From an uncultured Bacteroidales bacterium (lineage in GTDB: Bacteria > Bacteroidota > Bacteroidia > Bacteroidales > VadinHA17), in contig CAWELF010000002.1 of the NCBI GenBank assembly GCA_963809855.1, positions 61,646 through 125,645 of the forward strand: DNA of 64,000 nucleotides. The letters are read 5' to 3'. The notes under the pieces were generated by a model, which ran no database searches, was not told the origin of the DNA, and was given only the letters and a program-made list of their open reading frames with translations. Made by a program: the position numbers and the translations under genes. Of the stretch, positions 13,810 through 23,736 are shown one piece after another. Positions within the stretch are counted from its first letter, which is position 1. The number at the start of each line of letters is the position of its first letter.

Positions 13810-16419
13810 ATGAGACGAGTTTTCTTTTTAATGATCATCCTGGTTCCTTTCATATGTGAGGGTCAGGCTGTCAAGAGCTTCAGACAGTCTTCCGACAGAA
13901 TTGATATCACGCTAACTGATGGAACCTTAAGCATTTACCCCATAACAGAGAATGCTCTGCGTATAAAATTTTTTAAAGGGACTGAAATTAAAGTTCCTGA
14001 ATTGATTTTTACATCGAAGGTTCCTCTTCCACAATTTAAAGTGTCGGATTCTCCTTCAAAGCTTGTGGTATCAGCAAAAAATATTTCCGCACAGGTGGAT
14101 AAACAAACGGGAGCATTGTCATTTGCAGATAATTCAGGCAAAATTTTTCTGAATGAAAAAGCAAAATCAAGAATATTAACCCCGGATTCTGTTATGGGCC
14201 AGCCTTGTTTTGTGGCTGAACAGGCTTTTAACTCGCCTGCCGATGAATTTATCTTTGGACTTGGACAATTTCAGGATGGAAATTACAATCTGAGAGGTAT
14301 CACCCGTCGTTTGACTCAGGTTAATTCACAGATTTCTCTTCCTTTTATATATTCAAGCAAAGGCTATGGATTACTATGGCATCAGTACGGTCTCACTGAT
14401 TTTAATCCTGCAGATAATTATATTACTCTCGAAAAACAAGAGCCACCAACCAGTGGTAACAATCCTACAGCTGATGTTACTACTACATCCGGGACCAGGA
14501 GAGCAGGTCAGGGCTTGTCGACTTACACCGGCCACTTTAAGGTTCCGGAGAATAGAATATATTCCATCTTCCTTGATCTGGGAGATATGGGAAACCGTCA
14601 GAGTGTTGTTATTGACGGGAAACCATGCATTGATCAGACTAATCAGTGGCTTCCTCCAACTGCCGGGACACTGGTAACCTTAACAGCCGGGGAACATCAG
14701 ATACAGGTACAATGCAAATCAAGTAACGAACCTAAAGTATCGTGGAAAATTAAAGACGATTTAACCACATTTCGTTCTCCTAATGCTTTATTGCTCGATT
14801 ATGTTGTGTTCTACGGCCCTTCAGCTGATAGTGTAATATCCTCATACAGAAGTCTTTCCGGTGATGTTCCAATGTTCCCGCTCTGGGCATATGGATTCTG
14901 GCAATGCCGAGAACGGTATACGTCAGGTACAAACCTGGTAGAAACGGTAAAAGAGTTCCGTAAAAGGAATATCCCGATGGATGTAATTGTTCAGGATTGG
15001 CAATACTGGGGCAAATATGGCTGGGGGGTGCCGAAATTTGATGAGACTAACTATCCTAATCCGGCAGGTTTTATCAAAGAATTGCACGAACTGAATGCAC
15101 ATTTCAGCGTCTCGGTCTGGGAGAACCTCGATAAGAAGTCCGACATCGGCAAAGATTATGTTGCCAAAAACTTATTTGTCCCAAACAGTGTATGGGTAGA
15201 TGTTTTTAATCCTCTTGCCAGAGAGACTCACTGGAACGCTCTGAACCAGAATCTTTTTGCCTTTGGCGTAGACTCGTGGTGGATGGATGCTACTGAACCT
15301 GAAAACGATGGTTTAAAAGGAAAAGAGACCTTCCTTGGATTAGGCGATTTCTATCGTCTTGTTTATCCGTTATTTGTAAGTCAGGCAGTATACGAAGGTC
15401 AAAGGAAAGCTTCACCTGACAAGAGGGTCACTATTCTTACAAGATCGGCTTTTCTCGGCCAGCAAAAATATGGAATCATTAACTGGTCAGGCGATATAGG
15501 TGGAACCTGGGATACCTATAAACGACAGATCGTGGCTGGCCTGAACTATAACATTACCGGATTACCCTACTGGACAACAGATATCGGTGGATTCTTTCGT
15601 CCCGGTAGAACTCAGTATACCGATGCAAAATATCAGGAACTGTTAACACGCTGGTATCAGTGGGGAACCTTTAATCCCATTTTCAGAATTCATGGTTACC
15701 AGTCTGAGACCGAGCCCTGGAAGTTCGGACAGCAGGTTGAAGATAACATGAGGAAAATGCTTGATCTTCGCTACCGTCTGATGCCTTACATCTATTCTGA
15801 GGCATGGCAGATTACACATAACAGATCGACTCTGATGCGTCCGCTGACAATGGACTTCAACAGCGATACTACTGCGTTGAAACAATCTTTTGAATATATG
15901 TTTGGGAAAGCCTTTCTGGTAGCTCCAGTTACTGAGCCAGATGTTAAGGAATGGAATCTTTACCTGCCAGCACAGACAACCTGGTATGATTTCTGGACCG
16001 GGAAAAAATTTAGTGGAGGACAGTCAGTAAAAACTGCTGCCCCTTTAGATAAGATTCCCCTGTTTGTCAGAGCTGGTTCTATAATCCCAATGGGCAAGCT
16101 AATCCAATATACCGGACAAAAACTTCTCGACACTCTTGAGGTAAGAGTATATAAAGGCGCCGATGGCAAGTTTGAATTATATGAGGATGAGGGAGACAAT
16201 TACAACTACGAAAAAGGGAATTATACTGTTATACCTTTTAATTGGAATGAAAAGAATCAGACCTTAACTATTGGTGCAAAACAGGGAAATTATCCCGGAA
16301 GCCTTTCAAAAAGAATCTTTAATGTAATTTTTGTAAATGAAACTGCAGGATTTGATATTAAACCTGGTGAGGCTCAGAAGAAAGTGGTTTATATGGGAAA
16401 GGAAATAAAAATAAAGTAG
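13810..16419 (+). CDS. GH31 alpha-xylosidase-like enzyme with a PA14-like insertion in the N-terminal domain
   Basis: Signal peptide; an inserted block TYTGHFKVPENRIYSIFLDLGDMG...LTAGEHQIQVQC; GH31 motifs MDVIVQDWQYWG, GVDSWWMDATEPE and RSAFLGQQKYGIINWSGD. The architecture recalls PA14-bearing xyloglucan alpha-xylosidases. Confidence 0.85.
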   Translation: MRRVFFLMIILVPFICEGQAVKSFRQSSDRIDITLTDGTLSIYPITENALRIKFFKGTEIKVPELIFTSKVPLPQFKVSDSPSKLVVSAKNISAQVDKQTGALSFADNSGKIFLNEKAKSRILTPDSVMGQPCFVAEQAFNSPADEFIFGLGQFQDGNYNLRGITRRLTQVNSQISLPFIYSSKGYGLLWHQYGLTDFNPADNYITLEKQEPPTSGNNPTADVTTTSGTRRAGQGLSTYTGHFKVPENRIYSIFLDLGDMGNRQSVVIDGKPCIDQTNQWLPPTAGTLVTLTAGEHQIQVQCKSSNEPKVSWKIKDDLTTFRSPNALLLDYVVFYGPSADSVISSYRSLSGDVPMFPLWAYGFWQCRERYTSGTNLVETVKEFRKRNIPMDVIVQDWQYWGKYGWGVPKFDETNYPNPAGFIKELHELNAHFSVSVWENLDKKSDIGKDYVAKNLFVPNSVWVDVFNPLARETHWNALNQNLFAFGVDSWWMDATEPENDGLKGKETFLGLGDFYRLVYPLFVSQAVYEGQRKASPDKRVTILTRSAFLGQQKYGIINWSGDIGGTWDTYKRQIVAGLNYNITGLPYWTTDIGGFFRPGRTQYTDAKYQELLTRWYQWGTFNPIFRIHGYQSETEPWKFGQQVEDNMRKMLDLRYRLMPYIYSEAWQITHNRSTLMRPLTMDFNSDTTALKQSFEYMFGKAFLVAPVTEPDVKEWNLYLPAQTTWYDFWTGKKFSGGQSVKTAAPLDKIPLFVRAGSIIPMGKLIQYTGQKLLDTLEVRVYKGADGKFELYEDEGDNYNYEKGNYTVIPFNWNEKNQTLTIGAKQGNYPGSLSKRIFNVIFVNETAGFDIKPGEAQKKVVYMGKEIKIK

Positions 16420-16494
16420 CTCATACTACATAAAACAATGTCATTTATTATTTTAAACTTTAGTGCCTAATTTTCTAACCCCAAAATTTTTAAT

Positions 16495-19400
16495 ATGATG
16501 AAAACAAAATTCACCAGAATCTTTTTTTTATTTTTTGCCTGTTTTGCTGTTATGGCTTTTGTGCCGGCAAGTGAGAATGTAAAAAAACCAATTTACCTCG
16601 ATACAGCTTATTCTTTCAAAGAGAGAGCCGCTGACCTTGTTTCAAGGATGACTCCCGAAGAAAAGCAAAGCCAGCTGGGAAATACAATGCCCCCTATTCC
16701 ACGGTTGGGAATTAATAAATATGATGTCTGGGGCGAAGCTCTGCACGGTATTATGGGAAGAAATAACAACAGTGGTATGACCGCTACCTCATTTCCAAAC
16801 AGCGTGGCAGTTGGTTCAACATGGGACCCTGCACTCATTAAGCGTGAGACATCAGTAATCGCTGATGAAGCCAGGGGTTTCAACCACGATCTTTTATTTA
16901 CCCTTACATACTGGTCTCCTGTTGTTGAACCCGCCAGAGATCCAAGATGGGGAAGAACAGCAGAATCATTTGGAGAAGATCCCTTTCTGGTTTCTCAGAT
17001 TGGTGGCGGTTTTGTTCAGGGATTAATGGGCGCCGATCCAACTTACCTGAAGGCAGTACCTTGCGGAAAACACTACTTCGCAAATAATTCAGAGTTTAGT
17101 CGTCATACAGGAAGTGCTGATATGGATGCAAGAGACATGCGTGAGTTTTATCTTCTTCCATATAAAAATCTTATTGAAAAAGATAAGCTTCCGGCAATTA
17201 TGACAGCTTACAGTTCAGTAAACGGTGTTCCTATGTCGGCAAGCAAATTCCTTGTTGATACAATTGCAAAGAAAACCTACGGTCTCGATGGTTATGTTAC
17301 AGGTGACTGTGATGCTATATCTGATATTCTTTCAGGTCATCATTATGCAAAAAACAATGCAGAGGCAACAGCTATGGGTCTTAAAGGTGGAGTTGACACG
17401 GATTGTGGCAGCGTCTTCCAGAACAACGCCCTTGATGCCTTAAAACAAGGACTGATCACCGAAGCTGATATGGATAAGGCTCTTGTTAATATTTACGCAA
17501 TAAGGATGCGACTTGGTGAATTTGATCCTCAAAATATAGTTACTTATGCAGGTATACTGCCAAGCATTATCAACGATCCTTCACATAATGACCTTGCTGT
17601 TGAAGTTGCAACTAAATCTCCCGTACTTCTGAAGAATAATGTACTTTCGAAAACGGGGAACAAAGCGTTGCCACTCAATGCATCCGGTATTAAAAAAATA
17701 GCTGTTTTGGGTCCACAGGCTGATAAAGTTGAGTTAGGGGACTATTCAGGAGAAGCCGAACCTAAGTATAAAATTACTCCTCTGGCTGGTATTAAGAATT
17801 ATATATCACAGAACAAACTAAATACTGAAGTAGTTTCTAAAGTAGGTGGTAGTACCGCAAGAAGAACAGATTTCTTTAACATGATAAGTTTTTCAACTGT
17901 TGCTAAAGGTGGTGCAGTTAAGGAATATGATGCAACAAAATTTGATGCATCTGCTGTGGGTTTGGTTACAATGGTAACGGGTTACAGAAACGGACAGAAT
18001 GCTGTAAAAGGCATCAAAGATGGTGACTGGACCTTGTATAATAATGTAGATATCACCAATGTTGATTCAATAAGATTTAGTATGACTGTTTCCGGCGATG
18101 GTGGATTGCTCGAAGTTAGGGTTGGTTCTGTTACAGGTAATATCCTTGCATCACAAAAAGTTGCCGGTAATCCTCAAACTGGTGGATTTGGTGGTTTTGG
18201 CAGAGGTGCCAGAGTTGTCCCGGTTAAGATAAATACCCTCGGTATCGCCGGACCACAAACTCTTGTTCTGGTTTATCATGAATCGGAAGTACCAGGCACA
18301 GATAAAGAAACTCTTGATATTGCGGCTTCTGCAGATGTAGCCCTCATCTTTGTCGGAACAGACCAAACTACAGGAAGAGAAGAATCCGACAGGTACACTA
18401 TTGGATTACCGGGAAACCAGTACGACCTTATTAAGTCTGTTGCAGCTGTTAATCCAAATACTATTGTCGTAATTCAGGGAATGGGAATAGTTGAAGTTGA
18501 ACAATTTAAAAACAACCCGAATGTTGCTGGTATAATATGGACTGGTTACAATGGTCAGGCTCAGGGAACAGCAATGGCAAAGATCCTGTTCGGAGAAGTT
18601 AATCCTGGTGGGAAAACGGCTCTTACCTGGTATAAATCGCTTAATGATCTTCCTGCATTTAATGATTATTCCTTGAGAGGTGGTGCCGGAAAGAACGGAA
18701 GAACTTACTGGTATTTCAACAAAGATGTTTCTTATGAATTCGGATACGGACTATCCTATACTTCTTTCGCATTCAGCAATTTTGCTATTAATAAAAATAG
18801 TATAACACCAAATGATAAAATTACTGTTAATGTAGATGTACAAAATACAGGGAACGTTGACGGAGACGAGGTTGTACAGATCTATTTAAAAACTCCCGAC
18901 AGTCCTGCATCTCTTGAGAGACCAATAAAGAGATTGAAAGGATTTAAAAGAGTTACCATTCCTCAGGGCCAGACAAAAACAGTATCAATCGATATTGATT
19001 GTGCAGACTTATGGTTCTGGGATTCAAAAAATGAACGTATCATGTTCGATCAGGGCAGGTATGTGTTTGAAATTGGCGCTTCTTCAAAAGACATAAAGGG
19101 GCAGGTAGAAGCTAAAATGAGTGGTTCTTACACACCAGCATTAAAAACTGTTGTTGCAGAATGCGGCAAGGTTGTATTGAAAACTGGCAATACGGTTCAG
19201 ACTAGCGTATCAGCAGCAATGTCAGACGATAGTTTCTTTAATATCAAAGATGCGAAGGTTAGCTACAAAAGTAATAACCCGGCCGTAGTAAGTGTTGATG
19301 AAAAAGGCATTGTAACAGCAAAAGGAGTTGGTGCTGCAACCATATTTGCATATGTAACCGTGAATGGCAAAACCGTTTCCGGAAGTTATCCTCTTAAGGT

Positions 19401-20346
19401 TATGCCAGACATTAACCCTTCAGCAATTATTGTTAGTGGTAAGAATATTACAGGTTTCAGTCCTGCCGTTAAAGCATACAGCTATCTTCTGGCAAATACT
19501 GCAACCGTCCCTTCTGTAAGCGCCACGGCTGCCGCTGCAAATGTATCTGTGGATGTTATTCAGGCAATAAGTGTACCTGGTACTGCAACAGTAGTTCTAA
19601 CAGACAATATCACAGTTGAAAAGAATACTTATCTGGTAAATTTTGGCATCAAGTCTGTGAGCGATGAATTCAATAATGCTACCCTTGGAAGCCAGTGGAA
19701 ATGGGTCAGAGAAAACAAATCCAACTGGAGCCTTTCTAAGAAGTCAGGATCTTTACTGATCACCAGTGAAAAAGGGGACATTACCGGATCGAATAATAAT
19801 GCTAAGAATATTCTCCTTCAGAGTGCAAATACCGACTGGACGATTGATTCAAAAATGGCTTGTTCAAGAAAACCTTCCGGTGCAACTCAGAATGCAGGAA
19901 TACTCGCATATCAGGATGATGATAATTTTGTTACGTTGGTTTATAAAGCCACTATCGCCAGAAGAGGGTTTGGTGGTCCGGCTGCTGCTCCGGCAGTTCA
20001 ACCTGGTACCGTTGACCTTATAGTTGAGAGCAAAGGTTCTGTGAAAACTGCTGCAACTCTTAGTATGACAGATATTATTAAGGACAACAACACACTTATT
20101 CTGAAGCTTGAAAAGAAAGGAGACCTTTATTCTGCATCATGTTCTGCTGACGGGAAGAATTTCAAAGCTATTGGAACTGCAAATATTATGTTAGCGGATA
20201 TAAATGTGGGAATGATTGTCTGCGATGGTACTCCTCCAACAGGAAGAGGTACTCAGGGGTTCCCACAGCAAGCTGCTCAGTCTGATACTACACCATTTGA
20301 GGTTGCCTTTGACTATTTCCACATCATTAATAAAGGATTGAAGTAA
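16495..20346 (+). CDS. Long multi-domain GH3 (paralog P1, 1,283 aa): GH3 catalytic + CBM6/35-like insert + Fn3-like + Big_2-like + cadherin-like + ConA/LamG-like
   Basis: Signal peptide; WGEALHG, RDPRWGRTAESFGEDP, KHYFANN and GYVTGDCDAI; a CBM6-like IKDGDWTLYNNVDITNVDSIRF...GGLLEVRVG; Big_2-like YKSNNPAVVSVDEKGIVTAKGVG; a C-terminal ConA-like domain ending FDYFHI. Confidence 0.85.
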   Translation: MMKTKFTRIFFLFFACFAVMAFVPASENVKKPIYLDTAYSFKERAADLVSRMTPEEKQSQLGNTMPPIPRLGINKYDVWGEALHGIMGRNNNSGMTATSFPNSVAVGSTWDPALIKRETSVIADEARGFNHDLLFTLTYWSPVVEPARDPRWGRTAESFGEDPFLVSQIGGGFVQGLMGADPTYLKAVPCGKHYFANNSEFSRHTGSADMDARDMREFYLLPYKNLIEKDKLPAIMTAYSSVNGVPMSASKFLVDTIAKKTYGLDGYVTGDCDAISDILSGHHYAKNNAEATAMGLKGGVDTDCGSVFQNNALDALKQGLITEADMDKALVNIYAIRMRLGEFDPQNIVTYAGILPSIINDPSHNDLAVEVATKSPVLLKNNVLSKTGNKALPLNASGIKKIAVLGPQADKVELGDYSGEAEPKYKITPLAGIKNYISQNKLNTEVVSKVGGSTARRTDFFNMISFSTVAKGGAVKEYDATKFDASAVGLVTMVTGYRNGQNAVKGIKDGDWTLYNNVDITNVDSIRFSMTVSGDGGLLEVRVGSVTGNILASQKVAGNPQTGGFGGFGRGARVVPVKINTLGIAGPQTLVLVYHESEVPGTDKETLDIAASADVALIFVGTDQTTGREESDRYTIGLPGNQYDLIKSVAAVNPNTIVVIQGMGIVEVEQFKNNPNVAGIIWTGYNGQAQGTAMAKILFGEVNPGGKTALTWYKSLNDLPAFNDYSLRGGAGKNGRTYWYFNKDVSYEFGYGLSYTSFAFSNFAINKNSITPNDKITVNVDVQNTGNVDGDEVVQIYLKTPDSPASLERPIKRLKGFKRVTIPQGQTKTVSIDIDCADLWFWDSKNERIMFDQGRYVFEIGASSKDIKGQVEAKMSGSYTPALKTVVAECGKVVLKTGNTVQTSVSAAMSDDSFFNIKDAKVSYKSNNPAVVSVDEKGIVTAKGVGAATIFAYVTVNGKTVSGSYPLKVMPDINPSAIIVSGKNITGFSPAVKAYSYLLANTATVPSVSATAAAANVSVDVIQAISVPGTATVVLTDNITVEKNTYLVNFGIKSVSDEFNNATLGSQWKWVRENKSNWSLSKKSGSLLITSEKGDITGSNNNAKNILLQSANTDWTIDSKMACSRKPSGATQNAGILAYQDDDNFVTLVYKATIARRGFGGPAAAPAVQPGTVDLIVESKGSVKTAATLSMTDIIKDNNTLILKLEKKGDLYSASCSADGKNFKAIGTANIMLADINVGMIVCDGTPPTGRGTQGFPQQAAQSDTTPFEVAFDYFHIINKGLK

Positions 20347-20448
20347 TCTATGATACTCGATTTTTTTATTGAATAGATAAACTGGATTTGTTTCATTTCG
20401 CATCCTCGAATAGCAAATGAAAATCTCAAAATAATAGCAAATATTTAT

Positions 20449-20477
20449 ACCTGCCAGATAATTTTTATCTGGCAGGT
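20449..20477 (+). terminator. Perfect 12-bp-stem hairpin downstream of P1 (candidate terminator or processing site)
   Basis: ACCTGCCAGATA-atttt-TATCTGGCAGGT lies 100 nt after the P1 stop. There is no clear T-tract after it, so terminator function is uncertain. Confidence 0.45.
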
Positions 20478-20531
20478 TGCTATTATATACTTCTGTTTTA
20501 GTAATTTAGTACAGTATCAATTAAAAATATT

Positions 20532-22910
20532 ATGAAATATAGATTTACTATTCTCAAAGCAGTACTATTTACGCCCTTCGTAATCCTCATGGTGCAAACA
20601 TCCTGCACAAACTCAGTTCAGAAACTTCCGGATAACAGGGATATGGTTGTCTGGTACAACAAGCCTGCCGACAAGGTCTGGCTCGATGGATTGTTCATCG
20701 GTAACGGATACATGGGCGCTAATGTGTTCGGAAAAGTGCAAAACGAAAGGATAGCCCTGAATGAATCGACTTTCTGGTCAGGGCGTCCGCACGATTATGA
20801 TGATCCGGAAGCAAACAAATATTTTGGAAAAATAAAAGATCTTGTCTTTGCCGACAAATTCAAGGAGGCGGAGAAAATGGCAAATGAGCACTTCTATGGA
20901 AAACCAGGTGCTCAACAGGCTTATCAACCCATTGGTGACCTCATACTGAATTTTATGGCAACCGGTGATTCTATACGCGATTACTACAGGGAACTTGATA
21001 TGGAAACAGGAGTGGTTAAAGTTACTTATACCGAAGGTAAAGTTAAGATGACCCGCGAAGTATTTATGTCCTATCCCGACCATGTGATGGTTATGAAAGT
21101 TTCAGCAAACAAGCCTGGAAAAGTGTCGGTTGAAGCAAAACTCAGGAGTCCTTTCCTGGAAAAAACATCTGCAAAAGATGGTAAACTGACCATGGATGGT
21201 ATATGGAAATATGTTCCAAAAACAGAAATGTGGTTAATCGCCAAAGTGGAAGGGACGGGACTTGGTTTCCAGACATCACTGGTTGCCATTCCTGAAAGTG
21301 GAACTATAGAATCGACCGATTCAAGCCTCGTTATTAAGAAAGCCAATTCGGTTACCTTAAAGCTTACAATTGCAACAAGCTTTGTAAATTATAAAGATAT
21401 TAGCGGAGATCCGGTCGCAAAATGCGAAAAGATAATGGCTGGAGTTAGCACTAAGGATTTTAATGCCCTGAAAGATGCGCATATAAAAGATTTCACCGGA
21501 TTGATGAGTAGGGTCCACCTGAAAATTGGTGACCCTTTGATGAATCAAAAGCCTACAAATGAAAGGGTTGCTGACCTTAAAAAAGGTTTGTCCGACCCCG
21601 ATCTTCTGGCTAAAATATTCCAATTTGGCCGCTATATCCTTGTTTCAAGCAGCAGGGCAGGAAGCGAACCTGCAAACCTTCAGGGGCGTTGGGATGAGTC
21701 ATTACTTCCTAACTGGGGAAGCAAGTATACTGTAAATATTAATACCGAAATGAACTACTGGCCTGCTGAGGTCACAAACCTCTCGGAAACTCACCTGCCA
21801 TTGTTTGATATGATAAGAGATCTGTCAGAAAGTGGTGCAAGAACGGCTAAGGCTTATTATAATGCCGGAGGATGGGTAGTACATCACAATACAGACCTGT
21901 GGAGGGGCACTGCACCTGTTGATTCGGCACGCTTTGGTATGTGGCCGATGGGAGGACCATGGCTTTGTCAGCATATCTGGGAACATTACCAATTTACCGG
22001 GGATGTGGAGTTTCTAAAAGAGTATTACCCGATAATGAAGGGTTCGGCACAGTTCCTGATGGATATTATGACAATCGAACCAAAGCATAAATGGCTGGTT
22101 GTTCCTTTCTCAATGTCACCTGAACAGGGGTATTTTACCAGTGATAAAGCTCCGGAAGCATTTTTATCTTCTACTACAACAATGAACCTGGGAATGATAA
22201 GAGATCTCTTTCCTCATATTATAGAAGCAGAAAAGATTCTGAATATTGATCAGGAATTTGGTGCAAAGCTTGCTGATGCAATGAAAAAGATCCCTCCTTA
22301 TCAGATTGGGAAAGATGGACTTTTACAGGTTTGGATTGAGGACTGGAAAAGAGGCAGTGAAGGCCACAATATGTCTGCCAACTTTGGGTTCTTCCCAAGC
22401 AACTCCATTACCTTAAGAGGAAATCCAGAAATTGCAGCAGCAATTCAGAAATGGCTTGAACCGCGCGTGGCAAGACTTTCATGGACCAGCGCCTGGGACA
22501 TAAACGACTGGGCCAGGATGGAAAACGGAGTAAGGGTAGATTCAACTATAAAGAATTTCTTCCTTAACCGATCGGCCAGAGGTGGATTAGCAAATAATCT
22601 TCATAACCCCGGAAGCAACCAGTCAGATGCCAATTACGGGTATACTGCAGGTGTTGCTGAAGCTCTTATTCAAAGTCATGCCGGTGAAATTTCCTTGCTG
22701 CCTGCTTTACCACCCAGCTGGAAAGAGGGATCAGTTACAGGACTAAGGGCAAGAGGCGGATTCGAAGTTAATATCGAATGGAAAGATGGGAAACTAACCA
22801 AATCAGAGATAAAATCCCTTCTTGGCAACCCATGTGTGGTAAGAGTAAACGGAAAAACCACAAATTACACTCCTGCAAAAGGTGAAACAATTGTGATTCA
22901 GGGCAGCTAA
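20532..22910 (+). CDS. GH95 alpha-L-fucosidase/alpha-L-galactosidase
   Basis: N-terminal VVWYNKPADKVW...GNGYMGANVFG and NINTEMNYWPAE, with typical GH95 length (792 aa). It may be a lipoprotein (VQTSC). Confidence 0.88.
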   Translation: MKYRFTILKAVLFTPFVILMVQTSCTNSVQKLPDNRDMVVWYNKPADKVWLDGLFIGNGYMGANVFGKVQNERIALNESTFWSGRPHDYDDPEANKYFGKIKDLVFADKFKEAEKMANEHFYGKPGAQQAYQPIGDLILNFMATGDSIRDYYRELDMETGVVKVTYTEGKVKMTREVFMSYPDHVMVMKVSANKPGKVSVEAKLRSPFLEKTSAKDGKLTMDGIWKYVPKTEMWLIAKVEGTGLGFQTSLVAIPESGTIESTDSSLVIKKANSVTLKLTIATSFVNYKDISGDPVAKCEKIMAGVSTKDFNALKDAHIKDFTGLMSRVHLKIGDPLMNQKPTNERVADLKKGLSDPDLLAKIFQFGRYILVSSSRAGSEPANLQGRWDESLLPNWGSKYTVNINTEMNYWPAEVTNLSETHLPLFDMIRDLSESGARTAKAYYNAGGWVVHHNTDLWRGTAPVDSARFGMWPMGGPWLCQHIWEHYQFTGDVEFLKEYYPIMKGSAQFLMDIMTIEPKHKWLVVPFSMSPEQGYFTSDKAPEAFLSSTTTMNLGMIRDLFPHIIEAEKILNIDQEFGAKLADAMKKIPPYQIGKDGLLQVWIEDWKRGSEGHNMSANFGFFPSNSITLRGNPEIAAAIQKWLEPRVARLSWTSAWDINDWARMENGVRVDSTIKNFFLNRSARGGLANNLHNPGSNQSDANYGYTAGVAEALIQSHAGEISLLPALPPSWKEGSVTGLRARGGFEVNIEWKDGKLTKSEIKSLLGNPCVVRVNGKTTNYTPAKGETIVIQGS

Positions 22911-22915
22911 TCTGA

Positions 22916-23407
22916 ATGTTAAACACTATGGCAAACACTTATACTCAATGTTATTTCCATTTAGTATTTGCAGTAAAAAATCGAGATGCGCTTATTAGAA
23001 AAGAATGGAAAGATGAATTGGAAATGTATATTACAGGAATTGTACAAAACCATCGGCATAAAATGCTTGCAATAGGTACTATGCAAGATCATTTGCATAT
23101 TTTAATCGGATATAATTTAAATCAACTAATACCTGATCTGGTTGAAGGAATTAAAACATCCACCAATTCATGGATCAAAGAAAAAAAGTTGTCCAAATAT
23201 AAGTTTGAATGGCAGAAAGGGTACGGGGCTTTTACACATTCCCACTCACAAATTGACCCTGTTGCAAAATATATCTTGTCGCAAGAAGAACATCACAGAA
23301 GAAAGCCTTTCAAAAAAGAATATTTTGAAATCCTCGAAAAGAATAATGTTGAATTTAAAGAGGAATACGTATTTGAATTTTTTGATGATATTTATGATTG
23401 GAATTAG
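22916..23407 (+). CDS. IS200-like Y1 (HUH) transposase, REP-associated tyrosine transposase (RAYT) type
   Basis: 163 aa, with an alternative start at 22928 (MANTYTQCYFH). It has the HUH motif DHLHILI and a catalytic Tyr region YILSQEEHH. No IS ends or tnpB are present. It starts 5 nt after the GH95 stop, and its own stop codon abuts a REP cluster. Confidence 0.8.
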   Translation: MLNTMANTYTQCYFHLVFAVKNRDALIRKEWKDELEMYITGIVQNHRHKMLAIGTMQDHLHILIGYNLNQLIPDLVEGIKTSTNSWIKEKKLSKYKFEWQKGYGAFTHSHSQIDPVAKYILSQEEHHRRKPFKKEYFEILEKNNVEFKEEYVFEFFDDIYDWN

Positions 23408-23622
23408 ATATTCCGGTGCTCTGCACCTTGGGTTGTGTTTATTAAATGAATTTCTACAAAGATTATGCAGCGCTGCCGCTTAATATAAACCCGGAATGTA
23501 CGGTGTATTTGCAATATGTTAATGAATAATTGCATTAAATAACCAAAGAAGGTGCAGAGCACCATAATATTTGTAGAAGAATGTTTGTTGACGAGCTCAA
23601 AGGTGCGGAGCACCGGAATATT
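23408..23622. repeat. REP cluster 1: four short hairpin units arranged as two direct units followed by two inverted units
   Basis: U1 ATATTCCGGTGCTCTGCACC (23408-23427); U2 TCTACAAAGATTATGCAGCGCTGCCGC (about 23454); U3 GGTGCAGAGCACCATAATATTTGTAGA (23551-23577); U4 GGTGCGGAGCACCGGAATATT (23602-23622). U1 and U4 form 20-bp inverted repeats (19/20). Confidence 0.85.
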
Positions 23623-23736
23623 ATATTAAATTGATATGTAAAACATTACTGAACAAACTTTTAACATGCAAAAGACGAAGAAAATTCAGTATTAAGCTTT
23701 GGGTATTGCAACGATGAAAACAGGAGTCTAAAATTC

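Noticed and set aside
23408-23622. Possible CRISPR array (short repeated about 20-nt units with spacers)
   Set aside because: There are only four units, two of them inverted relative to the other two. The units are hairpins with REP-like flanks, no cas genes are present, and the adjacent gene is a Y1 transposase. A REP cluster is the better explanation.
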